Positions 62,701 to 62,960 of a DNA stretch of 64,000 nt are shown in pieces (within the stretch, counting starts at the first letter, position 1; each line of letters starts with the position of its first letter). Source of the stretch: Candidatus Oxydemutatoraceae bacterium (GTDB lineage: Bacteria; Pseudomonadota; Gammaproteobacteria; Poriferisulfidales; Oxydemutatoraceae). The position numbers and the translations under genes are program-made. The stretch is from NCBI GenBank assembly GCA_965220085.1, contig CBDCOZ010000003.1, positions 1,321,683 to 1,385,682 of the forward strand, in the 5' to 3' direction. The notes below the pieces were generated by a model. That model was not told where the DNA came from. It saw only the letters and a list, made by a program, of their open reading frames with translations, and did no database searches.

Positions 62701-62723
62701 CCTCGTGTTTGCGATTGTTTCAT
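23013..62723 (-). CDS. Giant secreted multi-module protein, 13,236 aa: signal peptide, about 27 x (Ca-binding DxDxDG motif + GLUG-like beta-helix + FN3-like) modules, cadherin-like repeats, conserved FLEGPLR C-terminal tail
   Basis: Uninterrupted 39,711-nt ORF. The N-terminus MKQSQTRGQNLSEFTNKAKPLSVHFGSLLFCCVFSLALSGIVSA|QT is a signal peptide. I counted 27 W[QE][ED]FG.Q.R module ends in the translation. The C-terminal cadherin-like repeats read GLFAINSTSGEITLA, GLFAIDPASGAITLA. The protein ends ...GIRIRLRVFLEGPLR, paralogous to gene 1. Confidence 0.9.
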   Translation of the reverse strand: MKQSQTRGQNLSEFTNKAKPLSVHFGSLLFCCVFSLALSGIVSAQTAPPQTQDVFDTDNDCLVEIWWLEQLNALRWDLDANGHGPSDTGHDVAFPRSNSDPAIVLQVGSQCHPNLSSCVASVGDVSGQCVGYELMRDLDFNDPGSYRSGVVNAEWTSGEGWEPIGEQGASYRGHFAGNGHTVSNLHINRDRDNLGLFGFYGGGYITGVGVTGSVTANGFGNTAAGGLIGQTFNSKIEDVYSTVTANGHSRVGSLVGFLNGSSDGGGAKIIRSYATGAVGGSHEVGGLIGAVANTANTAAEHVYATGFVTASRIASDGSAAGGLIGSMGQARLKYAYAAALIDSAATAAGGLGGHLDNSAYAATAAYWDRMVSGKTNAIGLVSGATVGGITARTTGELRAPTGYDGIYADWDDGDTTDHWDFGAISQYPVLKIDFDNDPNSAASWQEFGYQLRDGPRNVTVNSNGSARTLNWSAPDLSAWTNPPTVGYKVYRDTTELSGAIAETTDANGVTTCSYVDSDGGDIYRLTVIVNGGEALHSVVAVAADYDADDNGLIEIEYLEQLNAIRWDLDGDGEPALANASEYADAFPDASAGMGCPAGGCAGYELTRDLDFNDAASYAGGDPFAQPWTDNPADSDVEEGWLPLGDPGVRDGDDSNAYTATFDGNGRVIYNLYIDRARRYQGLFGIVVGGAIRNIGVTGAIDGGTGNDSIGNDIGGLVGRHVNSTLENSWSAVSAAGRAHVGSLVGIASNDSKIRRSYATGNVYANSQAGGALGRDNHHQTRGTVEHVYATGYIDTTRGGSRYRGGGLIGNLGNVTVRYGYATGLINPSATDSGGFGGRVETSPMATAAYWDTQTSGKSAGIGSGTLSSVTGHTTSALQTPTGYDGIYASWDAGGDDHWDFGTSEQYPALKVDFDGNGEATWQEFGYQLRQGPPAFAIGGTSDRSLSWDAPDVSAWDPPPELRYAVYRDGLALAGAAELSLRAHVDASAVAGTTYAYQVAAIVNGGEASRSHSPTAEATETDYDDDDDGLIDIRTLDQLNAMRYDLNGDGAVAAADQSAYESGFFNPAPHMGCLNNACVGYELRQDLDFKDAADYRSGAVNAEWTSGEGWSPIGDGAAPFATTFDGKGKKISNLHINRAADNNDGQGLFGVVGSAGIITNLAVVSGSVSGGDDNDRIGGIAGELNGATIENSFSGATVSGGEMVGSLVGFNNAGTIRRSYANGAATGVAQVGGLIGAAADNADSAAEHVYATGFVSASRASGDGGVAGGLIGFMGQAQLRYAYVTGLIAKAATNSGGVGGDRADSAVEHTYWDTVTSGKSEAVGVGSSVNIGGQTTAALQTQTQYLGIYAAWGMPGSANNDHWDFGAASQYPALKVDFNGNGNVSWQEFGYQLRDDIELTESAGILSWTAPDTSHWDNPPQLRYRVWLNDEAAPAASALSATTHDTAASSTGGDNEYRVAAFVASGGGEAARSNAVMITRVDYDSDDDGLIDIRNLEQLAAIGIDLNGNGDPNDAGIDFPARAADYETAFPVRASDMGCPNRACRGYELSKDLDFDAAADYADTANQAAWTDGMWDPLGNANYPYRATFHGNGRAIANLRIAREGLRGHGDMGLFGTVFDATIANVGVTGSVRVILADNVAASKGGAVGALAGVVDAATLENSYAATDVHGGAAVGGLVGKVSDGRVVAGYATAAVRADDRVAGGLIGLFENNDATLEHAYASGRVTAPTRAGGLIGEMRGGVTIAYAYAAGRVTANVAQYVNSGGLAGYNSRTDTNPVIAAAYWDRQTTARNNAANAGDAPTQHLRGHTAAELQAPIGYKGLYADWDAADADGNATDYWDFGSAQQYPALKVDFNGDNIATWQEFGYQLRNYPAPVAVVAGVGASRALSWGAPDVSHWSPPPVVTYNVYRRAATATRVVAEDLSATTYTDHTAVAGSARNYLVAVLLDGGEAYRSAVVSGIDYDTDDDGLIEIRNLEQLAATRADQNYDGIIDAGLLDIYEAARLLHLAAYPAAGAGCPRGCRGYELMRDLDFDDDASYRDPAANKATWTSGKGWRQLLVEEDNEDLLFHGNGRTVRNLYSAGADASGLFGGLDGDATLTNIGVTGAVAKSGRIIGGLASVLEENSRIENSYAAVAVEGADAVGGLIGQIRNTDGTIQEAVIRRSYATGAVDISDNQSGGGGLIGSISGAAAVIEHVYASGPVSGPNAASLIANINDYQDYGVSIAYGYATGASDHGAIVHNSEGDIVLSALYWDTDTTGIVADDGRAGAAGLPAAELQAPTDYAGIYSTWDAADAAGNATDNWDFGSASQYPALKVDFDGDNIATWQEFGYQLRDYPRAVSVAGGLGPSRALHWGAPDVSHWSSPPPVVTYTVYRHTTSNLVIARDLSATTYADTTATTGTEYTYRVAVLLDGGEAYRSSAASGAVDYDSDDDGLIDINWLEQLNAIRWDLDGSGAADAPAGAAAYAAAFPAATAGMGCPSACAGYELMRDLDFDDRGSYADGTDDAKWSRVTDAATKGWARIGANTTNAFAATFDGNGHTIANLYIDRTDSGPSLFGYVSGGAIRNVGITGAVAGSSSSGQVAGLATHLANAGLVENAWSSVAASAPQNAASLIGQIGDGTVRASYATGTVRGNQLLGGLVGFTDDLGSNVTIEHVYATGFVDPTAGGDARRGGGLVGSFHTVGALRYAYSTALVNRNATEIGGVIGENRAANPFAAVYWDSHTSQLAKGVGHAVSGSSAVIVGKSTAELQTPTGYDGIYADWDANDAAGAPTDYWDFGSNRQYPALKVDFNNDGVVSWQEFGYQLREGPRDVAVVSDTDGITLSWKPPVTSHWDNPPTLTYNLYRGTTVSAIDDAQGLTASSYTDTDANLYRSYGYRIAAAVAGGEVTRAYPFSGAADYDLDDDGLIEISNLEQLSMLRFDPDGDGRPDSANAGEDYDFYFASPWLGCPNQTCIGYELTRDLDFNDNDSYYHHDSVRLDGTLTNKALFTADTGWISIGGGAEAPYAAVFDGNGYVIRNLYTGIALARPQGLFGATDGATIRAVGVTGRIGTVQSAASTPGGLIGAMNGGVVSDAWSAAHIRSFRDAGGLIGKAMGAATIRRSYATGAVYADEFGGGLIGAIDSDAAVRVEHSYATGFVDFMTTLESFPVNIGGLIGAASGARLAYGYSTTMLSPASARKHLLAGVIGAVGDRVTATALLWDTETSTVRRGVRAGSSAGAAGHATAELQAPTGYGGIYADWNEGGTSDYWDFGDADQYPALQTDFNGDGIASWQEFGWQLRESLNLTISGSGASRMLVWTAPDLSHWPPAARPSVTYDIRRDGAQIAANRTKTDYIDNAVVANRTYAYQVHAVVEGGYPISEVAASLTDYDTDNDGLIDIATLEQLHAIRYDLNGDGIAEASTPSYMAAFPGAAVAAHPMGCAVACKGYELMRDLDFADDADYADIANKAAWTSGEGWQPIGGGDASYSGEFNGNGRVIANLRINRGASHQGLFGRLRVTDNDRSLYRLGISGAITVAASTAQAVGGLVGEVSNGGFISEAWSAVSIGGAAANVGALAGEAAAGSAAFYRSYATGNVGGREAVGGLVGKLGLVVTFLDSVYATGYVSASQRWAGGLVGSDAADDGSEYGYSVARIDPAAPLSGGYAGRYANALGRTAFYWDTGASGRDNAAGAGTASGVAGKTTAELQAPTGYGGIYADWDDNDTSDDWDFGDASQYPALKADFDGDSIATWQEFGYQLREGPRDLTVSGRGGARELRWNAPVTSHWDDPPPLAYDIYRWLETDATPEDISDGSCVSMLCGDNEVLQGSACVACASTQTAIGGVCAPAPHSCPPGQAAIEGTTTCVNAADLEFRDWCESHNGDIILSNGRCRSAAATCGIYGNHGHIPSGVHSGKSVCSNNGATACAAGEAYSVALRLCAAPCPNGAQDSEGNCKPVCPDLREAVVARGVTATTYRDSGASADAIYEYRVAAVVYGGEASRSVVRSGMEDYDADDDGLIDIATLEQLNAMRWDLDGDGAPANASSPSYAQAFPAAVSGMGCPAGCVGYELTRDLDFDDAQSYVTGAVNDLWTGGVGWTPIGGADAPYAAIFDGNGRVIKNLWINNLSAAAGNEYQALFYQTQGATIRNIGITGSVTGALTVAGLIGALTDSMLENSWSAVVTRSVTGGGSLVGRFSQAQIRASYASGSVVGSRLAGGLAGSGDFSSGDSTLRHVYASGRVDGSRGDAKRYAASLIGGAATDSGSDTGKLTLRYAYGRGEVVPIRDAAGLIARLPVARALAALYWDRETTGRENGAATAPAPAIIGLPTAALQAPDGYAGIYADWDEGGASDYWDFGTAAQYPALKVDFDGDPDTDPSWQEFGYQLRAAPADVTVAGAGNERTLSWGAPDVSHWSPPPPVAYDVYRITERPTGTQVSLLAEDYTATSYTDNTAAADSGYVYEVAVRIDSGEAHRSAAQSGNDYDSDDDGLIEIATLQQLHAVRWDFNGEGAPLARDAAQYAAAFPAAAPGMGCPYAQCRGYELTRDLDFDDDADYADASSKTTWTTGAGWPAPGDLRTTFEGNGHVIKNLYINNPAADAANADQALFGGLDPGAIVRNLGVTGSIAATGRSGGIATQMGGEDAVIENSWAAVSLRAGIAVGGLVGDIDSGGRIRASYASGSVFANSRAGGLVGQIDIKDGDGVLERVYATGRVDATGVAGALGDAGMFAGSLVGFARLPAGVTTTEHFATLRYAYGLGEVVIGVADSGGVIGPITAAHVALADVYWDTETTGRNKGIGGDETTAGASGLTSAALQAPTGYAGIYADWNHGGDYWDFGTANQYPALKVDFNGIGGATWQEFGYQLRVPPADVAIVAGAGNDHTLSWGAPDVSHWSPQPPVTYDIYRMASTGAEISLLAEGLTTTSYTDVLPSTVAAAAYIYHVSVRVDSGEVYRDVVVSGTDYDTDDDGLIEITTLEQLNAIRYDPYGIGAVDSNLGGEEPSYITAYAAAFPAATSGMGCPADGCRGYELMNDLDFTAAASYASGSVNTQWTSAVGADGWLPIGGTLPDNDGFRAVFDGNGHTIKNLILIVSSPLEIGLFGAVTGAAAAISNLGITGDAESLANVTGGVAGEVADGATARNLWSAVTADSDSISGSLIGRVTNASLATSYATGNALGTATTDSRVGGLLGMIRGGATVQHVYASGYLEEAGDAGGLIGQVGHQDYGERNTLRYGYATALVAIAPGGLGTLGGVVGKQRPDSDYTALYWDVAVSNQTAGAAAGIAGQTAAELQAPTGYSGIYADWNEGGASDYWDFGSASQYPALKTNFDNKGSATWQEFGYQLREAPTVSVSDSGSSKVLSWTVPVTSHWPDDPPTITYNVYRATAAAASDVTLLAEGLTATTYTDSAPSNGINVYRVAAVIYGGEVTRGAAIAYPTTDYDSDDDGLIEIANLEQLNAMRWDLDANGEPASNDAAAYAAAFPNAASGMGCGGGGCDGYELSNDLNFDDPADYAAGRVDPAWIEGEGWTPIDPSGVYAGDLDGNGRAIRNLYINRPNSDRQGLFAEINGEQLEIKNIGITGAVRGSNGVGLLAAFVSKATLDNVYVAGSVRGGDTIGGAVGNADDVTWRAAYAVAAVVGADAVGGLIGASAAASDVIEHSYAAGYVSAAAAGGGLIGALGAAATVRYGYVAAPLAAASAGGLIGDVASGGNLTALYWDTQATGAASGFGDAGSATLRSVAGKTTAELQTPTAYGGIYADWDANDAAGNATDYWDFGTAEQYPALQVDFNGDSTVSWEEFGYQLRDPLAPTLANGNLLTWNAPVTTHWTPAPELRYAVYRDGTQIATGLETPAYIDTAANLNASRSYRVAVLIDGHEYGSGVAAVTLTAGDYDSDDDGLIEISNLEQLAAVRYDINGDGDVSNVSAERQAEYAAAFPSAATGMGCPSTGCSGYELMRDLDFDDASSYADGVDDEDWGRNSDPNTIGWATIGSASNRFATTFDGNGHTVANLYIRDTVADRGLFGYVTGTVKNLGVTGSVEVVDENQAAGVVTRLAGGRVENSWSSVAATAAASAGSLVADMGGGGIYTSYATGRARAGQYAGGLIGAMNNIASLPAVEHVYATGQVDGTHGGDMRRAGGLLGYFGEGTLKYAYSTAFLEPATTERGGVIGSNSVNDTFTAVYWDTDASGTTAAVGHADTNSAATNISGHTTAELQGPQGYVGIYADWDADDANGNPTDYWDFGTAQQYPALKVDFNNDGIASWQEFGYQLREPPQNLTASGTGPSRTLRWDAPDTSHWDNPPTVTYNIYRHPHTRLPDAPDTVLLRSGLTDTTYADNGAIPTITHRYHVAAVVEGGEAARAPAVTSGLRDFDLDDDGLIEVSNLDQLRAIDFDLDGDGIPETSAATYVFMFPAIDGMGCPDSGCAGYELTRDLDFNAADSYYIGSTATEMWVPTAQSGATPWFNNAGLGEGWPAIGRDTGDGFTAIFDGNGHTLRNYYNARSGHSAFGLFGKVGDGGIVRNVGITGELIDKQWGSGLVAELNAGGTVEGSWSSVSAAVGQVSGSLIGACSSAGGALRASYATGRLRDHPDDTISIVRDGALAGAACAPTEHVYATGYNNINDSGGGLIGIYFDDAATLRYAYTTARINDDSGGAVIGSAFDTLAATAVYWNTETAGIAAAFGDDTTHAVTGIAGATTLALAVPTGYSGIYASWDDDGSDYWDFGNASQYPALKVDTNNDGTATWQEFGWQLREGPRDLRVSGDLAARELRWDAPDTSHWDDPPALTYNVYRSSIETVIDTNTQEEVVDRVETLLAESLSAARYTDTGVADDKRHTYTVAAVIEGGEPSRSVAVWRVSDRFDYDSDDNGLIEIATVEQLDAIRWDVDGDGEPEADNADDYRAAFPFPADDMCPAGGCAGYELTRDLDFTDAASYGSGVVNPVWAAAWPGINGYLTATFDGNGHTVFMRSVASLIFGASDASVTNVGVLGSVRYSASVVTDVVRSTLMNTYSAATILADDDDFAVGGLVHLMNVDSVVRTSYASGNVSASIGHVGGIAGNAGGTASIPETDATIEHVYATGAMLSGVPATDLPAAAGGVIGDVGRGARTIRLRYGYVSTLAQSPVGRVGSLAGQVRVTPDFDINAVYADSERVLPDVPLIGDGSADEVVSSGEQASDILRAPTTYESIYADWNEEGASDDWDFGTIAQYPALKIDFNNDGIVSWQEFGYQLRDAPANVTVAGDIDAREITWSAPDVSHWDGEPARALSASDLRYNVYRDGFLLAEDLAELRYRDDERLKTDAGAEYRYHIGAVIARHGGGRISAGAVWTQPEIDYDTDDDGLIEIAYLEQLGAVTGDLDGNGMPTNANSPTYDAAFPARAADMGCPAGCVGYELTRDLDFEDLTSYLFADTTAITVWTLDPDDGDDEEGWLPIGDPAVRDGQNREGEGDNGYTATFDGNGHTIHNLYIDRERIAQGLFGTVSGASIRNIGVTGAIDGGDRNNIAGLIGQHLESTLENSWSAVSAEGRAHIGSLVGYASSASTVSRSYATGNVYANSQGGGVLGRDIHFLEGGTVEHVYATGYINTTRDGSEYRGGGLIGNLGNVTVRYGYATGLINPSATESGGFGGHVEASAAATAAYWDTQTSAKSDAIGSGTLSGVTGRTSAELQTPTAYRGIYADWDVSAASWDFGGPNEYPALRTDFNGDGEATWQEFGYQLRQGPPAFAIAGETNRRLTWDAPDVSAWNPPPPLRYTVYRRGALLADAAELSQRSYVDADLSDGETSAYHVAAVVYGGEASRSHSPTAAATIDYDTDDDGLIEIAWLEQLDAIRRDLDGDGMMAGAPDYEAAFPARAADMGCPAGCVGYELTRDLDFDEDASYAGGDAGVHGWSRAEEGEGWPPLGAPATRFSGIFNGRGHTIYNLHIERNGNIQGLFGETGNATISNLGVTGSVTAGHDTGGLVGKTLGTTIKDVYSAVSADGGTIRAAPLAGWLTGGGAVRRVYTTGAASADKELGGITGALQDGIVVEHAYATGYMGADGNERAGGLIGWVGTSTLRYAYATAQIAPGAAERGGIAGYNSNQTTVFDAVYWDTDTSAVATAAYGDIQTVAETVGPTSATSAGLQAPTGYAGIYADWNEGGDYWDFGGAGQYPALKTDFNDNGSASWEEFGYQLREGPRDLTVANEEGERTLTWRAPSMPPAWSNPPPVTYRIYRDGLLLADLSESDSAGLRYVDAETDAQATHVYHVAAVIVGGEASRSVCESAPAVDYDMDDDGLIDIANLRQLDAVRHDLNGDGKATAAAHALAYPHAATGMGCPNAVCAGYELTRDLDFDDADSYAGAADEGWSEGEDGAGWPPIGSAGDPYAATFDGNGHRIANLYIKRTDDGNDNQGLFAAIGSGASVSRLSVSGTITAGADNDRIGGIAGSLNGGVIERSYSTVSASGGAHVGALAGYVAAGAVRASYATGAVSAASGGGGLVGGADAATLEHVYATGAVADGGGLFGGGDANLRYAYATGLVTGGGGLFGAGGGGSFEAAVWDTETTNRASAGSAGVVVAGVSARTTSELQAPGGYVGIYAAWNANDAAGAATDYWDFGVANQYPALQVDFDGDGEVSWEEFGWQLRTAPTGFALAGDFSARKLRWVAPLTVAWSDTPPITYAVYRDGEILSEGMTVVEYDDRGVASGSRYAYGVAAVINGGEAVRTPTLTLAGLVDYDSDDDGLIDIANLEQLAAVRYDPNGDGIVTGDDFARYNEAFPNATGCGNCIGYELMRDLDFNDPNDYAGGDTATHAWVINPADGDEEEGWTPIGDSESAFAATFNGNGNAVYNLYVNRGDSANQGLFGRVAAGALIMNVGVTGAVAARSAGGGLAGSLQGGLVDQVWSAAMVSGEQAMGPLVGRQTGGSIRRAYASGATDATRGGGLVGSLSGSGSAIEHVYATGFVKRRPAASPSENVGGLIGEADASARLRYAYSTAQLGYSAAQAAGVAGGALGEANGDLAFGAVVWDTQTSGLSEAVGEANDNAVGGISGFATAALQAPTGYGGIYATWNADDVAGNPTDYWDFGDSDEYPALKADFDGNGMVSWQEFGWQLRQGPQNLRVAPTVSERTLTWDAPDVSHWTTNPPDIAYAIYRSTTSIGATLLQTGVVDTSYADADPGESDNTYHVAAVINGGEASRSAAHSTAPRDYDLDDDGLIDVSALEQLDAVRYDLNGDGAVAAEDREAYAAAFPDPAVTMGCPAGCVGYELITDLDFDDPARYMAATDSGAWTRGAGWPPIGDDGDAFDATFDGKGFAIANLHINRPASSAQGLFGVAGSEAVIRRVRVSGAVTGDDRIGGIVGELRGGTLEQSYSTAAASGDEHIGSLLGYIDGGAVRASYATGSVDAETSGGGLVGGAAAANTATTVEHVYASGRVTSAAGGGLIGGGGVATVRYAYARTLSIGGGAVSGDGMGSFQGVWWDAHVTAAETASPGGDVSGISERASTALWNDDGSDYWDFGIGGDYPALQVDFNDDNEVSWQEFGYQLRRRLSLTAADNLINGRALEWNSPNLEHWDPPPTLTYRIYRLRGDVLTELAADRDDKTALTPHTDNDVLPGGAAQHDYAVAAVIDGGEALRTTLGPALLDYDVDDDNLIEVSTLEQLDAVRYHPRVDVVLSAEDREAYAAAFPRPPFRMGCPSVCTGYELARDLDFEDANDYADSANQAAWTSGEGWTPIGDSNTRQTRFIAKFDGKGRTIYNLHINRPETNAQGLFGFVSGTISRVGVSGSVTGNGSIGGLVGHLTGGSAAVERSYSMAAVSGANNIGSLVGYIDRATVRTSYASGYVTVTASSGGGLAGFMIAESGHSRTPVEHVYATGFVKSGQSGSAGGILGAIRGSTLRYGYVTALIDAPTRGGLVGGATSDPIVRGGTYWDSDTSGLTSSNRRFGSGSTRFFTFDATAQSTAALQAPSDYEGIYRLWNEDGTDYWDFTPGSYPALKVVFDEEDEEASWQEFGYQLRVRLTLRAFETTDDMGAAQLSWDAPDISHWDSDPDRALSASDLRYRVYRDNVALADAMSLTATEHTDSDADLGAAPRYQVAVLISGGEAARSARITVQGVTDYDADDDGLIDIATLEQLNAVRYDLDGNGVVAAGDQDAYEAGFLNPQPNMGCPAPAQPGGAHCIGYELSNDLDFDDPASYGSGTVNLAWTSDEEEGWTPIGDNTNRFVGTFNGKGHTIANLRIERAADGNDRQGLFGVIGAGGAVSNVGVTGSVSGGADNDRIGGIAGELAGGAIERSYSAVSAAGGTWVGSLAGLNNGGTVRASYATGSASGAAESGGLLGAAAAADSTVEHVYATGFVDASRTAGDGGNAGGLIGHMGRAQLKYAYSTALLSAAATASGGFGGRLDNSNYSATAAYWDRGVTSQDNSVGLVSGGATVSGIQGLTSAELQAPTGYAGGIYATWDDDGTDYWDFGAATQYPALKIDFDDNGEAATWQEFGYQLRDAPVLTVESDDRMLRNDGTPSRKLRWSAPDTSHWSEEVPVTYNLYVYESTATTAWLLLARGLTKTEREPINPSAAGGEYSYHIAAAVNGGEATRSAAAERAFAGYDSDKDGLIEITTLEQLAAIDMPSSAAFREAFPNTVPGLGCPPVAGMPPTEDEPALNCLGFELMNDLDFADAASYASGSINPGWQNTGAVGGWDALWSDGSFEKVFDGNGYAISNLYINRDASQTAQGLFSRIGASGVARNLGVAGSVAVAGTATAIGGLVGELAGAAEDSWSSVSVTGYERVGSLAGYVNGGAVRRSYASGGTVAAAEAGGGRQMGGLVGRLDNGALIDRSWSSAAVSGDMYLGGLAGYADAATVRRSYASGSAVAGAAEADSGQQAGGLVGRADNGALIDRSWSSAAVSGSMHLGGLVGYLDGGMATRSYASGRVVDTRAGDLTSESAGGLIGFMNAASSASHVYATAYVAADGYAGGLIGSGEGGWRLQYGYATALVAPTTATAAAVIGRASGSPTLAAAYWDAALAGRAAAVGNGAVSGAMAQTSGALQTPTGYGGIYADWDDGGATDYWDFGGADDYPALKADFDGDNAATWQEFGCQLRSGVSDLTVSGASERRAVSWSAAETAGIAGCASADVRYTVYRITTGTGANQATEYAEVSEIASVIGGTSHDDTAPEVRSYLYQVATVIDGGEAARAAATSSVLDYDADDDGLIEISALEQLAAMAYDADGDGVVAAGDEAAYAAAFVGAPPGRGCPAVGGCVGYELTQGLDFDNAAHYMTSTDNGAWTRGAGWTPIGNATAAFAATFDGNGFEIANLRIDRSSDADQGLFGVVGDDGAIRRVSVSGSVSGGDNVGGIVGRAESGAAVTRVRMVGSVAGDDNVGGIVGRAVSASLRESYSRASVSGADYVGGLAGLADGATVRASYASGAVSATAAGGGLLGGSASSTATAEYVYATGHVSAASAGGLIGAGGNATARYAYATALPAGAVVGGLIGSGGGAFMAAYWDSAAAATTATAGSATGASARVRAMLQSPTGYAGIYADWNANDASGNATDYWDFGTSEQYPALQVDFDNDGTPTWQEFGYQLREGPALSPVTGADSGARELSWTAVTTSHWSPEPVVTYTVYRNRAAIATGLSETTYADAAARLGDDFAYAVAAAVGGGEASRSGSRASGALNDYDADDDGLIEIESPEQLYAIRFDLDGDGEPAPASSQTYRAAFPASVRGMGCKDQTCVGYELMNDLDFKGTTGTAWAGAAGWPPLGDATTEFATTFDGNGLEIANLRIDRGGADDQGLFGVVGGDGKVSNLAVRGAVAGGDNVGLVVGRLSGGALSRLAAAGAASGGDNVGGLLGRLNGGALSASYATAAAAGDTAVGGLVGLAGDGVVRASYAAGSVTATTGSGGGLIGDSTSVMATAEHAYATGRVSAPVAGGLIGLAGGATARYAYSTALPIGAMRGGVTGDGNGVFAATYWDSDASAQATDLAAGVGAHTSIALQFPTDYSGIYADWDAADAAGNATDYWDFGDAEQYPALRVDFDGDPATPPNWQDFGCQARAAPALTVSGLASARTLTWSAPEVSHCDPPPALAYNVYRDGALPALASTSALTHVDNTAVAGVSYFYYVAAVIDGGEASRGAAESGLIDYDADDDGLIEVATAAQFDAIRFDLNGDGSPTASAPTYRAAFPEAVPGMGCPSECVGYELANSLALDGEWTPIGTAKAPFATTLDGNGETVSDLNVVGAGDDRGLFGVVGAAGTVRNVGVIGDIDASGANVGGIAGSLAGGTLEQIWSSVNVTGAQAAGSLLGYHGGGTVRAAYATGVVRADGQAGGLIGAAHDISTTTAITTAAEHAYATGFVGATTATGGLLGAVGRAQLKYGYSTAYIDADAANGGGIGGAAPGSAATFAPSYWDTVTSGLNNALAGGTGGTSDLGGRLTSVLQAPTGYSGIYGVWDDDGSDYWDFGSAAQYPALQANVNGDNEVTWQEFGNQLRAAPILEPLQTTGNVVILEWSAPDADPAAGVRYRVYRGSVARGVTAERRYVDSDASGLLSYRVAVLIDGGEAGRSAVRAGRDYDVDDDGLIEITRLEQLGAVAFDLDGDGSAAADDAAAYAATHAFASALDGMGCPAVGGCTGYELTRDLDFEDPNDYGILNAGLNGWTRDEGGAGWSPLGNSATRFTGVFNGKGHAIYNLFIERDANRQGLFGATGETTISNLGVTGSVTAGANSSDTGGVVGLAAGTTIEEVYSAVSVSGGRLRAAPLAGQIAGGGALRRSYTSGAASAAQEVAGIAGSLGDGAVAEHVYATGYIGATDDARAGGLVGRIGASTLTYAYAVAPIAADAAERGGIAGFNSNQTTVFDAVYWAADISVPAVDDAYAIIEGNAETNGPLAQTSAELRAPTGYGGIYANWNAGNADYWDFGSAEQYPALKTDFDDNPATSPSWEEFGCQLRQGPQGVSATVTDADDESVHGLNWRAPDTSPWDAGSPCRSVAYAIYRNGGALPGASGLEETKHDVTGAADGDIYHIAAVVNGGEAIRAAYAYAVQANTTLAITDINPTANTVAETATAGMAISGVTLQARDEAASAAIVSGVTWSLSDDAEGLFAINSTSGEITLAKAAPDYESEDRVYSVTVTAVVDRYQPATLVLTINLTNVLETLMVTDSDGAGSIIAEGARAGAPVPGIRLMVTDEAGTEVTEGLTWNLVTNPGGLFAIDPASGAITLANDAPDLETEQTRTIIVRASFREPNREMVVSAPFMLTITIMATERPDVDVGIRIRLRVFLEGPLR
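30124..30495. repeat. Near-identical ~186-bp direct tandem duplication (2 copies plus a partial third) inside giant gene 2
   Basis: ...GCCGCTGACCGCCGCCGACGACCAACTGCGATCGATCAGAGCGCCGTTATC... occurs at ~30150 and again at ~30336, with flanking AAGCCGCC[GC]AGAT[GA]CATG starts at 30124 and 30310. At protein level this duplicates GGLVGRxDNGALIDRSWSSAAVSG. Confidence 0.8.
50885..51345 (-). other. Cys-rich ~150-aa insertion unique to one module of giant protein 2
   Basis: Translation: DISDGSCVSMLCGDNEVLQGSACVACASTQTAIGGVCAPAPHSCPPGQAAIEGTTTCVNAADLEFRDWCESHNGDIILSNGRCRSAAATCGIYGNHGHIPSGVHSGKSVCSNNGATACAAGEAYSVALRLCAAPCPNGAQDSEGNCKPVCPDLREA. It is inserted within an FN3-like segment (between ...DIYRWLETDATPE and VVARGVTATTYRDSG...YEYRVAAVVYGGEASRS). 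It contains about 16 Cys, whereas other modules have very few. Confidence 0.8.
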
Positions 62724-62780
62724 GCAAATTCGGATTGTCAGAGTATAACACGCTCTGCGGCGGGCGGCGGAAAATGGGGA

Positions 62781-62960
62781 TTATATGCTTAAAAACATAA
62801 GACTCATTATCGCCGTTTGAGAATAGCGAGTTTCTAACTCTTTCCTTGTCGGCTTTTTATTCTCATACATTGGCTTTTCGGGCGCCTTGGCTAATAGCGC
62901 ATCCTTAACCGCATCTGCAAATGCTTTAAGCGTTGTTTTCTTATGGTTTTTCTGTTTCAT
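62781..62960 (-). CDS. Small ORF B (59 aa), downstream partner of the overlapping ORF pair; absent from the ORF track because it is under 60 aa
   Basis: Manual translation of the minus strand: MKQKNHKKTTLKAFADAVKDALLAKAPEKPMYENKKPTRKELETRYSQTAIMSLMFLSI*. AAGGA sits 7 nt upstream of the ATG. The start codon overlaps the ORF A stop (ATGA). Confidence 0.35.
   Translation of the reverse strand: MKQKNHKKTTLKAFADAVKDALLAKAPEKPMYENKKPTRKELETRYSQTAIMSLMFLSI

Noticed and set aside
1523-62723. Interpretation of the giant proteins as RTX/T1SS adhesins (LapA/SiiE type)
   Set aside because: No GGxGxD nonapeptide repeats. Both proteins have classical N-terminal Sec signal peptides. The C-terminus is a short Arg/Leu tail rather than a ~50-aa T1SS signal.
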